In this document: one piece after another, positions 1 through 9,384 of the stretch
Layout of the letters: each line of letters starts with the position of its first letter
Position numbering within the stretch: the stretch's first letter is position 1
Assembly: GCA_038279365.1 (NCBI GenBank)
Contig: JAYODI010000027.1
Location: forward strand, 1 to 35,920
Direction of reading: 5' to 3'
Length of the DNA stretch: 35,920 nucleotides
Source of the DNA: Candidatus Latescibacterota bacterium
Lineage (GTDB): Bacteria; Latescibacterota; UBA2968
Made by a program: the position numbers and the translations under genes
Notes under the pieces: model-generated
What the model was told of the DNA's origin: nothing
What the model saw: only the letters and a program-made list of their open reading frames with translations
The model's database searches: none

Positions 1-8
1 AAAATACT

Positions 9-1676
9 ATGGCACAACAGATCTCTCATTCTAATCCAGAGCCTATGTTCTCTGAAAAAAAGCGTGTGACATTTACGCGAAGCATCTTGTTTCGCACAGC
101 GCGCCTTTATACTATTGTCAGCATGCTCACCATTGTCGTGTTTGCACTTGTTGTGATCCCATATCAAGAAGACTTGCTGACCAAACGCTTGGCCTCAACA
201 GCAGAGGTTATTGCCACATCCATAGATCAGGTTGTTGTCACGTCCATTGTGGTCGAAGACTATAGCACAGTCATTGAACACTGTCAAAAAGTGGTTGCCG
301 AACGGCCATCCGTTTCCTTTATCGTCATCACGCGCAAAGACGGATTTTCATTGATCAACTTAGCCAACGCCTGGAAACACGATTCTCTCGACAAAACGTG
401 GTCTGCACCTCAAGATTTGCCAGGGGGCCTCAGCCCCACATTCAAACAGAGTGCATTGGTTCAAAAAGAAGTATTCCACTACACCTACCCATTAGAATAT
501 TCGGGTATTGATTGGGGGTGGATCCATGTGGGATTGGCCACCGAGTCATTCCACAATGACCTCCACGAAATTTATGGGCGTACTCTCATCCTTGCAATTG
601 TTTGTATCAGTATTGGTATATTGTGCTCTATCTTGTTTAGCCGCCGTTTGGTTCACCCCGTTTTAGAACTCAGCACCATTGCACAACATATTGGCTCTGG
701 CAACTTGAACACACGAGCCAGTATCCACTCAGGTGACGAAGTGGAACTGTTGGCCAATAATTTCAACACCATGACAGACGCCCTGCAAAAATCTTATGCA
801 GAATTAGAAGCCCGAGTGAAAGAACGCACCTTAGAATTGAGCCAAGCCAATGCACAGTTGCGCAATGAAATTACTGAACGCATACAGGCAGAACAGGCAA
901 AAAGCCAAGCAGAAGCCGAATTAGAATCGCAAAGAACACGTGCCATGCATTCAGATCGTTTACGTTCTTTGGGTGAAATGGCCGCAGGAATAGCACATGA
1001 GCTCAATCAAACCCTTGTGGGGGTACGTGGGTTTGCAGAGCACATCCTTATTGGCCAACAACTCAACTGGGAACTCACACCCGAAACACTAAAAGAACGC
1101 ATGGAGGATATCATTGAACAGGCCGATCGAATGGTACACATTATTCAACATGTCAGACTCTTTGCCAGAGAAGCAGGCAAACCCACAACAGAGTCCGTAC
1201 ATGTCAACGACATTGTCTCATCATCTCTTGATATGATCGGTGCACAATTCGATTCTCATGGCATAGACTTAGAAACCCAGTTGAGCAACCATCTCTCTCC
1301 CATTATGGCCAACCCCTATTCATTAGAAGAAGTCTTACTCAACTTGCTTAATAATGCCCGCGATGCCGTTGAAACCCATAAAGTAAATGCTTCCGACACT
1401 TATAAACCTAAGGTTTCTATCAAAACACACCCTTCGCCACAAAACCCACAGGATGTGCAAATCGAAATTGTTGACAATGGTGGAGGAATTCCACAGGATA
1501 TCGCACAAAAAATATTCGACCCGTTTTTCACCACCAAAGACCCAGACAAAGGTACGGGGTTGGGGCTATCCATTTCAAAATCAATTGTGGAAGAATTTCA
1601 TGGAACATTGAGTTTTTCAAGCGAAAATGGACATACGACCTTAACCATCACCCTTCCCACTCAGCAAGCATTATAA
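9..1676 (+). CDS. Membrane sensor histidine kinase (2 TM, periplasmic domain, HAMP, HisKA, HATPase_c; NtrB/FixL-like)
   Basis: Two hydrophobic segments; HAMP-like '[15 protein letters not shown]'; H-box '[13 protein letters not shown]'; N-box '[11 protein letters not shown]'; 'DNGGGI', 'FDPFFTTK', 'GTGLGLSIS'. Confidence 0.95.
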   Translation: MAQQISHSNPEPMFSEKKRVTFTRSILFRTARLYTIVSMLTIVVFALVVIPYQEDLLTKRLASTAEVIATSIDQVVVTSIVVEDYSTVIEHCQKVVAERPSVSFIVITRKDGFSLINLANAWKHDSLDKTWSAPQDLPGGLSPTFKQSALVQKEVFHYTYPLEYSGIDWGWIHVGLATESFHNDLHEIYGRTLILAIVCISIGILCSILFSRRLVHPVLELSTIAQHIGSGNLNTRASIHSGDEVELLANNFNTMTDALQKSYAELEARVKERTLELSQANAQLRNEITERIQAEQAKSQAEAELESQRTRAMHSDRLRSLGEMAAGIAHELNQTLVGVRGFAEHILIGQQLNWELTPETLKERMEDIIEQADRMVHIIQHVRLFAREAGKPTTESVHVNDIVSSSLDMIGAQFDSHGIDLETQLSNHLSPIMANPYSLEEVLLNLLNNARDAVETHKVNASDTYKPKVSIKTHPSPQNPQDVQIEIVDNGGGIPQDIAQKIFDPFFTTKDPDKGTGLGLSISKSIVEEFHGTLSFSSENGHTTLTITLPTQQAL

Positions 1677-1689
1677 AGAGGAGCCCAAA

Positions 1690-2076
1690 ATGTCAGACAC
1701 GCCCACCTTAAAAATCCTCATTGTTGATGATGAGCCCGTCATGCATAAGCTACTCAGTTCTTTTATTTTTGAATTGGGACATCAATCAGAATCGACCTAT
1801 AACGGCCCAGAAGCCCTAAAAGCCATTGAAGACCAATCTTTTGATTTGATCTTAACAGATGTACGCATGCCTGGCATGGATGGTTTGGAGTTATTGGAAA
1901 AAATACACCAAAGCCACCCCCAACTCCCCGTGGTTGTCATCACCGGTCATGGCGACCCAACAATGTCTGAAAAAGCCAAAGCTTTAGGGGCCTATGACTT
2001 TATCATCAAACCCGTCAGTTTGGTTAAATTTATGCAGTTGGTAAAAGAAATTGTGGACGCCAAAGCAAATTCTTAA
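1690..2076 (+). CDS. Single-domain response regulator (receiver only)
   Basis: 'ILIVDDE', 'DLILTDVRMPGMDG', 'VITGHG', 'FIIKP'; GAGGAG SD upstream; 13 nt after the kinase. Confidence 0.95.
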   Translation: MSDTPTLKILIVDDEPVMHKLLSSFIFELGHQSESTYNGPEALKAIEDQSFDLILTDVRMPGMDGLELLEKIHQSHPQLPVVVITGHGDPTMSEKAKALGAYDFIIKPVSLVKFMQLVKEIVDAKANS

Positions 2077-2174
2077 GCCTGTAAGACACCCATTCAAAGC
2101 CTCAAAAAAAAAAAATATTATTTTTAATTGAAAAGTGCATCCATACCTGTGTATAGCAAAAGTGATGTCTTTTC

Positions 2175-2203
2175 TTGACATCCATTATAAAATGCTGTAA
2201 CAT
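2175..2203 (+). promoter_or_regulatory. Putative sigma70 promoter for the 2266-2859 unit
   Basis: TTGACA (2175-2180), 17 nt spacer, TAACAT (2198-2203); AT-rich tract upstream. Confidence 0.6.
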
Positions 2204-2265
2204 TTTCGTATTCTATGTTTCACATTTCCATAAATCGTTCCACACCTCGAAAGGAGGCGAATGTG

Positions 2266-2337
2266 ATGAAGTCCACAACGTATACAGTAGGGTACCATAC
2301 CAAGCTCGCCGCCCAAGAGGCACTGACAACGCCATAG
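2266..2337 (+). CDS. Putative 23-aa small ORF / leader peptide MKSTTYTVGYHTKLAAQEALTTP
   Basis: AAGGAGG at 2251-2257, 8 nt before the ATG; downstream of a good promoter; too short for the ORF track. Confidence 0.5.
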   Translation: MKSTTYTVGYHTKLAAQEALTTP

Positions 2338-2404
2338 CATTTTAGATATATTCTTATGCTTGTCAGTAAAATATCCAACAACTGGATGCTTTAGCTCCTC
2401 TGGG

Positions 2405-2437
2405 GCCGCGGATGAGGTATGTCTTGCGGTTTTTTTT
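2405..2437 (+). terminator. Possible intrinsic terminator/attenuator inside the leader
   Basis: Imperfect stem GCCGCGGAT...GTCTTGCGGT with G-U pairs, followed by T8 (2430-2437). Confidence 0.45.
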
Positions 2438-2484
2438 GTGTCTTGCACAAACATATCTTATCCAAAGAGGAGACGCCCCCCAAT

Positions 2485-2859
2485 ATGTATAATCCAGACT
2501 TTTGGGAAGTCCAAGTTGAGCAAACAGACTTAGAAAAAATGTCAAGTGAAGTGGGCCTTTGGTTTGAATCAACCGAAGATCAAGAATTGCGCTACGCGTG
2601 GGAAGACCGTTTGAGACAAATGATTCCCCGCTTAGATACACTCATCAACCGAGGATTAACAAAAAAACAGTTTGAATCTATGATCCTCTATTTCAAATTT
2701 GGCAAAACACAGCAAGAAATCTCCGAAATCTTGGGCATCTCTCGCAGAGTCGTTAGCCAACACTTATTTGGCATTACTCGAAATGGAAAATCAGTAGGTG
2801 GTGCCGTTAAAAAAATTCAAAAACTTTGCCAAGATCACGGTATCGCCATTCAAAATTAA
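2485..2859 (+). CDS. Sigma70 region-4-like helix-turn-helix protein (no region 2)
   Basis: 'LTKKQFESMILYFKFGKTQQEISEILGISRRVVSQHL' matches a sigma70_r4 HTH; start set at ATG 2485 behind GAGGAG. Confidence 0.75.
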   Translation: MYNPDFWEVQVEQTDLEKMSSEVGLWFESTEDQELRYAWEDRLRQMIPRLDTLINRGLTKKQFESMILYFKFGKTQQEISEILGISRRVVSQHLFGITRNGKSVGGAVKKIQKLCQDHGIAIQN

Positions 2860-2878
2860 AGCGATCATATTGCAATAT

Positions 2879-2915
2879 AAAAAGCGCACGGGCGTAAATG
2901 CCCGTGCGCTTTTTT
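2879..2915. terminator. Bidirectional intrinsic terminator
   Basis: A5-GCGCACGGGC-gtaaat-GCCCGTGCGC-T6, perfect 10-bp stem between convergent genes. Confidence 0.9.
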
Positions 2916-3098
2916 ATTAAAACAGACACACCATAAAGTGCATCCGCTCTTGTGTTAACATACCACGCCAACACGTTGGCCGGTTTACTGATGAATCGGT
3001 AATAACCGCATAGAAACATGATCCGGAAATGGCTCTGTGCATTTTTTTGAAAGGAGGTTTGTGATGTTGACTTTAAACCTGGAGGGCATCTCCTAATT

Positions 3099-3512
3099 TT
3101 AGGACGATGACCTCTCAATAAGGGGCCGAAAGCGCACTGGGTTGCTTTCGGCCCTTTTGCTTACCATAACCTCTTCCATTTGCGTGGTGGCCTCTATTTC
3201 TTTACGCGCCATCATACACAAAAGCCCCACAATCAAACTCAATACCAAAATCAACCCTGCTGGCATAAACTTTCGCGAACGTGCAAATCGGCTGATAAAT
3301 ACGCCCGTTAACAGCAAGCCCACCATCGCGCCAATCAACAAGCCCAACATGGGGTCGCTGAGACTCTTCCAAAACCCAATCAAAGAAACAAATCCTGTTA
3401 AACCACCCGCAACCAAAGATGCCGAACTGTTTCCCTTCACCTTCCCCATCATCCCTCCCACAATCATCAAAACACCATAAACAACCAACACACCCTGAGC
3501 CAATTGAACCAT
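3099..3512 (-). CDS. TMEM14-family small membrane protein
   Basis: 'VYGVLMIVGGMMGKVKGNSSASLVAG' and 'RFARSRKFMPAGL' are TMEM14 signatures; start at ATG 3512 behind GAGGG. Confidence 0.85.
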   Translation of the reverse strand: MVQLAQGVLVVYGVLMIVGGMMGKVKGNSSASLVAGGLTGFVSLIGFWKSLSDPMLGLLIGAMVGLLLTGVFISRFARSRKFMPAGLILVLSLIVGLLCMMARKEIEATTQMEEVMVSKRAESNPVRFRPLIERSSS

Positions 3513-3586
3513 AAAAATAACCCTCACATAATTAACGGCCACTTTTCCATCAAAACACGCCACCACATAAATAGGTATCCTTCGCC

Positions 3587-4840
3587 TTACGCTCCCAAAT
3601 AACCTTGTTTTGCCCAAACCTTTTTGGCCAATTTTTTTGCCTCATCAGACGGCTCCAAATGACCCAGTACACTGCTGGGTGGTTGACCTTTTTTCTTTCG
3701 TTTTGGGTCGGGTGACCAATCATCTGTTGCATATTTTTTGCGCACGGCTTCACTGCGAAAATCGGGTACCACCATCGGTGCCGAATCATTGAGAACAGAT
3801 CGCCAAGCCTGAATTCCTGCAATGCTCATATCTATGCCCCGATACACATCCAAATAGGGCGGTTTACCCGTGCGAATGGCTGTGGCAAATTCAAAGCTGG
3901 TAAAAAAATCACCCCCGCCATGTCCGGCTTGTGTTGCGCGATCATGATGCACCGGAAAATCGGGTTTATAAACCGTTTCAACCGGTTCACCTTTGCGTTT
4001 TTCCCACGGTTCTCGCCACACTCGCAACCGGGTCTTGTCACCATGACGACAATTTTCCATCACTCCTTTGTTGCCATGAATGCGCACATAATTGCCATGC
4101 CCACGAAGCGCACCATGTAAAGACTTCACCACCGCATCATTGTCCATGCGACACATAATAACTGCCGCCGTATCGGCACGACCCATATGACGTGTTTTAC
4201 TCTTATCTTCATAATCATAAGGCACCGCAAACCCATTCACCTTCACTGGGCGCGTGTCGGTAATGTACATGACAGGCGCAATTGAGTGGGTGCAATAATA
4301 CGTTGCCGGAATCCAGTTTCGCCAATGGTCTTTGCCACAACTGCGCGCCAACTTCACCTCGGGTGGGTCTGGGTGTACATATTCTCCTTCACCATACTTA
4401 AACGTACCCACATGGCCTTTTTGATACAACCGACGCATCTCTTGGTTAAACACCATATAGGGATAGTTTTCGGCAAACATATATATTTTGCCACTCTTTT
4501 CAAAAGCACGAGCAAGCGCAACTCCTTCACCCAACGTATGACATGCCGCACATTCACTCATCACATGTTTGCCCGCCTCAAGGGCCATAATTGCAAATGG
4601 GGCATGTTCATGGAAATAATTGGCCAACACCACCGCATCCATGTCATGGTCAAGAAACTTTTCATAATCCACATACGTCGCAACACCCAACGCCTTGCCC
4701 TCACGCAACAAACGCTCTTCCCACACATCACAAATAGCCACCAGTTCCATACCCGTTGCTTCTGCCGCACGCATAAATGATCGCCCACGCCCCACGCCCA
4801 CCACGCCCACACGAATGTTTTTTTCTTTTCTATTTGCCAT
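3587..4840 (-). CDS. Gfo/Idh/MocA family NAD(P)-dependent oxidoreductase
   Basis: 'IRVGVVGVGRG', 'LVAICD', 'HEHAPFAIMALEAGKHVMSE', 'YYCTHSIAP', 'GHGGGDF'; GAGG SD before ATG 4840. Confidence 0.9.
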   Translation of the reverse strand: MANRKEKNIRVGVVGVGRGRSFMRAAEATGMELVAICDVWEERLLREGKALGVATYVDYEKFLDHDMDAVVLANYFHEHAPFAIMALEAGKHVMSECAACHTLGEGVALARAFEKSGKIYMFAENYPYMVFNQEMRRLYQKGHVGTFKYGEGEYVHPDPPEVKLARSCGKDHWRNWIPATYYCTHSIAPVMYITDTRPVKVNGFAVPYDYEDKSKTRHMGRADTAAVIMCRMDNDAVVKSLHGALRGHGNYVRIHGNKGVMENCRHGDKTRLRVWREPWEKRKGEPVETVYKPDFPVHHDRATQAGHGGGDFFTSFEFATAIRTGKPPYLDVYRGIDMSIAGIQAWRSVLNDSAPMVVPDFRSEAVRKKYATDDWSPDPKRKKKGQPPSSVLGHLEPSDEAKKLAKKVWAKQGYLGA

Positions 4841-4863
4841 ATCACACAACCTCATATTTTTGA

Positions 4864-6606
4864 TCACAACGTAAACGATTGACCATTCACATCCAAACCA
4901 TCACCGCTTGCAACCACAGAGGGTGCCTTCTCACCAATCTGAAACACCCACCAAATAACCGATGCATTCCAATCCACTTCGGCACACAATGTCAACTGTC
5001 CACGCGACCCGGGCAAACGGTCTACTTGTGCATCTGACAACTTAGCTTGTGGCGAAGACACCCACAATGTGACATCGGGAAAATAAACCTGCGCCCAACC
5101 ATCAGCCACCCACCATGCCGCATCGGGGTGACCATGCCAATAATAGTTTAACCGATCAATTTGTTGGCCCACAAGGTAATCGGCCACCACCACCAAATCA
5201 TTCCCACGCAACCAAACCGTTCTATTCACAACATCCAAAGCCAAATCATTTGCATAACACGCCGTTAAATCCACATCCATCCGACAAACATCACCCACCA
5301 ACGTGTCGCGTCTAACCTGCCGTGCAGATAGTTTATTCACCTGAGCCTGCCCATTAATCACAGGGGCATTGTGCGCCCCAACACCCAGCGTAAATTCGCG
5401 CTCGGTTTTCTTCATATACTGCTGATACCCAGGATCATCAATCAACCACTTTCCACGTGAACCAATCAGCAAGGTACCCGTATCTTTTTGCAAATGCCCC
5501 ATCGGTGAATTGCTCACCGACATGGCAACTGCACAATCTTCGCTTTCCCACCCACTTCGCAGCACAGTTGTATAATGGCCATCCAGCACACCCGCTTTGG
5601 GTGCATCCACAGCCCACCCACCCACCACACCATGCAACACACCCAACGCATCAGCGCGCATCCAATCTCTGCGACACTTTCCCAACAACCATGCTGCACG
5701 TGCATCTTGTGTCAACGCATAGAGTTTGGCATGTGCCGCAAGGTGATACGGCATCTCTTTGGGCTCCACATCGCCAATCTCTGCAACATTGGCCACATCA
5801 CCTGGTGCCCCCAATGCCACCGACTCATCCAACAAATCGCCAAACCGAGAATGATCCAAAATCGGTTTTCGATCACGCTCATCCATCGCCTGCAACCAAT
5901 GCACCACAAAATCCATAATATACCCATCATACCCCACACCCTCCGAATGCCCCACTTGGCGCAAATCTAAAATCGCGCCCATCACCGCATGTAACCGCTG
6001 ATCCAAAACGGAAGCGGCCTCATGTTTGATCGCATGAGCAGCCAGTGCAATGCCCACCGTACCAATTAATGGAATATTATGCAACACACTATGTGGCTCT
6101 TCCAGAGCCAAAATATCATTCTTAGAAGCAAAACGCCCGTGGTGTTCATCTGAATATTTCAGTGCATCATCCACAATACGTGCAAATGCACCTTCAATGT
6201 GTGTGCGTAGCCCATCGCCCAACCAATCCCACTGGGTATACGCCAGCCACAACAGGCGCGCACAATGCCCCAAACTCAAATCGGGCCGTTCATATTGCCG
6301 ATAACACGGCCACTGTGCCAACCCTTCAATATCTCGCTTGACCAAACTCTGGGCATCCAAATCATCAAACCAAGTACCCGCCCACCCCAAGCTGTTCACC
6401 CGCTCCTCAAAATCCCACAACACCCAAATTGACCAGGGATAAATGGCAATGCCCGGAACAGGCATATTGGGCACAATCATTTTTCGCAAAGGCAACGGAT
6501 AAGCCACCTTTCGGCGAATCCGATAATAATCGGCAATCAAATGGGTTTGTGGTTTGTGCCAACTGGCACGCCGTTGTATTTCTTGCTCAATTTCATTTCT
6601 GTTCAT
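4864..6606 (-). CDS. Heparinase II/III-like domain protein
   Basis: 'EGVGYDGY', 'LRSGW', 'GHLQKDTG', 'LIDDPGYQQY', 'AHNAPVING' typical of the Hepar_II_III C-terminal domain; GGAGGTG SD. Confidence 0.75.
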   Translation of the reverse strand: MNRNEIEQEIQRRASWHKPQTHLIADYYRIRRKVAYPLPLRKMIVPNMPVPGIAIYPWSIWVLWDFEERVNSLGWAGTWFDDLDAQSLVKRDIEGLAQWPCYRQYERPDLSLGHCARLLWLAYTQWDWLGDGLRTHIEGAFARIVDDALKYSDEHHGRFASKNDILALEEPHSVLHNIPLIGTVGIALAAHAIKHEAASVLDQRLHAVMGAILDLRQVGHSEGVGYDGYIMDFVVHWLQAMDERDRKPILDHSRFGDLLDESVALGAPGDVANVAEIGDVEPKEMPYHLAAHAKLYALTQDARAAWLLGKCRRDWMRADALGVLHGVVGGWAVDAPKAGVLDGHYTTVLRSGWESEDCAVAMSVSNSPMGHLQKDTGTLLIGSRGKWLIDDPGYQQYMKKTEREFTLGVGAHNAPVINGQAQVNKLSARQVRRDTLVGDVCRMDVDLTACYANDLALDVVNRTVWLRGNDLVVVADYLVGQQIDRLNYYWHGHPDAAWWVADGWAQVYFPDVTLWVSSPQAKLSDAQVDRLPGSRGQLTLCAEVDWNASVIWWVFQIGEKAPSVVASGDGLDVNGQSFTL

Positions 6607-6627
6607 CTCAACACCTCCCCAAACCTG

Positions 6628-7677
6628 TCACTGTTCATCCGCAGAAGGACCAAACCCCCGAGCCTGTTGACGGCGGCTTCGTGCCAATGCACGCAAATCA
6701 ACAGCTTCGTCCAATTCATCCACAATTTCATGACCCAAAATTTCTTCCAAAACATCTTCTAAAGCAATCACCCCCGACAAGCCACCAAACTCATCAATGA
6801 CCATAAAGATGTGCTCTTTTTTTTCTAAAAACAAGCGCAACACCCGATCCAATGGCAAGGTGTCCAACACAAAATCTACGGGCCTCATAAGCTGCATCAA
6901 ATCAACTTGCAACCGTCCCTCACTGATGGCCAACAAAATATCTCGACGCAATACAATACCCACCACATCTTCAGGACTCTCATCTGTAATAGGAATACGA
7001 CTAAATGTGGGAATGCCCACCGTTTTTTGTATGTCGCTAATCGAAAGATATGCACTCAAAGAAAACACCACCATGCGGGGTGTCATCACATCTTTCACAA
7101 ATTTATCTTTGAGTGTTAATACATTTTGAATAATCCCACTTTCATCTTGCCCAACATTGCCCGACTGCAACCCCAAACGCGCCATTGCCTTAATTTCTTC
7201 ACCTGAAACCTGATGTTCAACACGACCACTCGAAATCACCCGTGTCACAAATTGGCACAACCAAACCAATGGCGCCAAGCCCCAAATAAGCCATTGCAAT
7301 GGCCGTGCAATCCAAAGTGCCAATTCTTTGGCATAAACAACCCCAGCCGTTTTGGGAATAATTTCTGAAAACACAAGAACTGCCAACGTAAACACAACAG
7401 AAAAATACCCCAAAGCCTCAGCCCCCAAAACATCTGCGGCTGCTGCACCTGCCATAGCGGCACCAACTGTATGTGCGATGGTGTTCAACGACAAAATGGC
7501 CGCCAACGGCGCATCCACATCTTGCCGAAATTTTTTTAACAACTTGCCAGATATACTCCCAGACTGAGCCAAGTTTTCTACTTGGCTCATAGGTAAAGAA
7601 TACAACACGGCCTCAAGCAACGAACAAATAAAAGAAAAACCAATCGCAAAGCTCATTGCCAAAATCAACTCGGTCAT
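6628..7677 (-). CDS. CNNM (DUF21) + CBS-pair membrane protein (hemolysin/CorB-like)
   Basis: 'SFICSLLEAVL', 'AILSLNTIAHTVGA', 'FSEIIPKT', 'VMTPR', 'FSRIP', 'DEFGG..GVIALEDVLEEILG'. Start uncertain (7677 chosen). Confidence 0.9.
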   Translation of the reverse strand: MTELILAMSFAIGFSFICSLLEAVLYSLPMSQVENLAQSGSISGKLLKKFRQDVDAPLAAILSLNTIAHTVGAAMAGAAAADVLGAEALGYFSVVFTLAVLVFSEIIPKTAGVVYAKELALWIARPLQWLIWGLAPLVWLCQFVTRVISSGRVEHQVSGEEIKAMARLGLQSGNVGQDESGIIQNVLTLKDKFVKDVMTPRMVVFSLSAYLSISDIQKTVGIPTFSRIPITDESPEDVVGIVLRRDILLAISEGRLQVDLMQLMRPVDFVLDTLPLDRVLRLFLEKKEHIFMVIDEFGGLSGVIALEDVLEEILGHEIVDELDEAVDLRALARSRRQQARGFGPSADEQ

Positions 7678-7767
7678 AACAATATGCCCCAACACAAGTG
7701 GTAAAAAGTAATGAACAACGCTCAATATAAAACGAAAGGCGCCGACACAAAACAAATTGTCAACGCC

Positions 7768-8460
7768 TTATTTTCTAAAGCCCCACCACAAAGTCACAAC
7801 CTGAACCAACGTACGCATCAGATGCCGCCACCTAAAAAACTGAGACGAACCATGCTGGCGTTCATAATGACGCACGGGCACATTCACAAACCGAGCCCCA
7901 ATTTGTTCCAACTTAACAACCAGTTCCACACAAATCACACCGCTGGTATGTCTCAATGAAATTCGATCTAAAACAGACTTCCGAATCAACCTAAAATCAC
8001 AATCCACATCCCGCACCCGAAACCCAAACAACAAACGCATGCCCCCTAAATACATTTTTCCAATCAACAAGCGATACCACGCATCCGACCGTGTTACTTT
8101 ATACCCATTTACCACATCCACATCCGCATGGATCTCTGCCAAAAGATTGCGCAATTCCCACACATCATATTGGCCATCTCCATCGGTATAAAACACCCAC
8201 TCTTTTGTGGCCGCCTTAAATCCCGATTGTAACGCACCACCATATCCACGATTTTGATCATGAAAAATCAGCTTTAAATGAGGATAGGTTTCCGCCAAAT
8301 CACGCAAGACCTCTCGGCTGTGATCACGGCTCCCATCGTCAATCACAATAATCTCATAATCATCCGTAAATGCCGCAGCAACCGCATTGGCATTGGCAAC
8401 CAAAGGGGCAATTGAAAAGGCATCGTTATAACACGGAAAAAAACAACTCAATGATGGCAT
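7768..8460 (-). CDS. Glycosyltransferase family 2 (DPM1/GtrB-like)
   Basis: 'FFPCYND', 'IIVIDDGSRD', 'NRGYGGAL', 'YTDGDGQYD', 'DVDCDFRL'. Confidence 0.9.
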   Translation of the reverse strand: MPSLSCFFPCYNDAFSIAPLVANANAVAAAFTDDYEIIVIDDGSRDHSREVLRDLAETYPHLKLIFHDQNRGYGGALQSGFKAATKEWVFYTDGDGQYDVWELRNLLAEIHADVDVVNGYKVTRSDAWYRLLIGKMYLGGMRLLFGFRVRDVDCDFRLIRKSVLDRISLRHTSGVICVELVVKLEQIGARFVNVPVRHYERQHGSSQFFRWRHLMRTLVQVVTLWWGFRK

Positions 8461-8463
8461 AAT

Positions 8464-8487
8464 AAAAAACCCCAGTCAAGCCGGGGT
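8464..8487 (-). terminator. Intrinsic terminator after mqnA
   Basis: On the minus strand ACCCCGG-cttga-CTGGGGT followed by a T run. Confidence 0.65.
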
Positions 8488-8495
8488 ATCTAAAA

Positions 8496-9296
8496 TTAAC
8501 CAAATGGATAAAACTGTATATTGGGAATCCGCTTTATCAAACCAATTTCTGCGCCATATACATAATATTGGCGCAAACCTTCCAGCGCATCTTCATCCAA
8601 ATCATACAAAATATAACGCGTTAAGTAGGTTTGATAAAAGTCGGCTGACAATGTATGGCCAGTGGCATACTTTTCGGCGATAGGGCGCACATCCTTTTGG
8701 CCCAATTTTTTAGCCGCAATCAACTGCGAAACTTGGGCCTCATCTAATGCCCCCGCCCGCCCTGTCCAACACGCATACACAAAAGGCAACCCCGTCATCT
8801 GTGTCCACAACGCACCCAAATCGAGCACCCGATAACGATCCAAATCCAATTCTAAAGCAGGATCACCAATAATCAATGCCGCATCGGCCCCATCAAGCAT
8901 CGCATCCAAATGGGGCGGTTGAACAGACACTGTTGGCCTGCATCCAAATTGTCGGGCCAAAATAATTTGGCTCAAAACCACCGATGTACGCGAGCTGTTG
9001 TCTAAGGCCAATGTCTTGACATCTTTGGGGTCTTTTTTTAACACCACAAAAACACTGCGCACCGCCCCCTTAGAAATAATGCCCACTTGTGGCACAATCA
9101 AATAATCTTCTGTACCACGCCCAATTTCTGCCGCAGGGATCAATGCCACATCCGTTTTGCGCTGATGCAATTTATCGGCACAAACAGATGGCACATCATA
9201 AATCAGTTCAAAATCATGATCCAGTGTTCGTTGCTCCAACGCATCCACAAGTGGTTTGGTATTCAAATACGAAACCACACCCAAACGCACACCCAT
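8496..9296 (-). CDS. mqnA: Chorismate dehydratase (futalosine pathway)
   Basis: 'RLGVVSYLNTKPL', 'SSRTSVVL', 'DAALIIGDPAL', 'DLGALWTQMTGLPFVYACW'; adjacent to mqnC/mqnE. Confidence 0.92.
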   Translation of the reverse strand: MGVRLGVVSYLNTKPLVDALEQRTLDHDFELIYDVPSVCADKLHQRKTDVALIPAAEIGRGTEDYLIVPQVGIISKGAVRSVFVVLKKDPKDVKTLALDNSSRTSVVLSQIILARQFGCRPTVSVQPPHLDAMLDGADAALIIGDPALELDLDRYRVLDLGALWTQMTGLPFVYACWTGRAGALDEAQVSQLIAAKKLGQKDVRPIAEKYATGHTLSADFYQTYLTRYILYDLDEDALEGLRQYYVYGAEIGLIKRIPNIQFYPFG

Positions 9297-9384
9297 CGTT
9301 TTGTCGCTCCTTAACCCCTATTAAACCACAAACCCATCTTGTGATCCTAAACGTATTCCCCATATTCATCTGCGGGCTTGTTTT

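Noticed and set aside
2104-2115. A12 tract as a phase-variation site
   Set aside because: It lies about 60 nt upstream of the -35 element, outside the spacer and coding sequence; more simply an AT-rich upstream tract.
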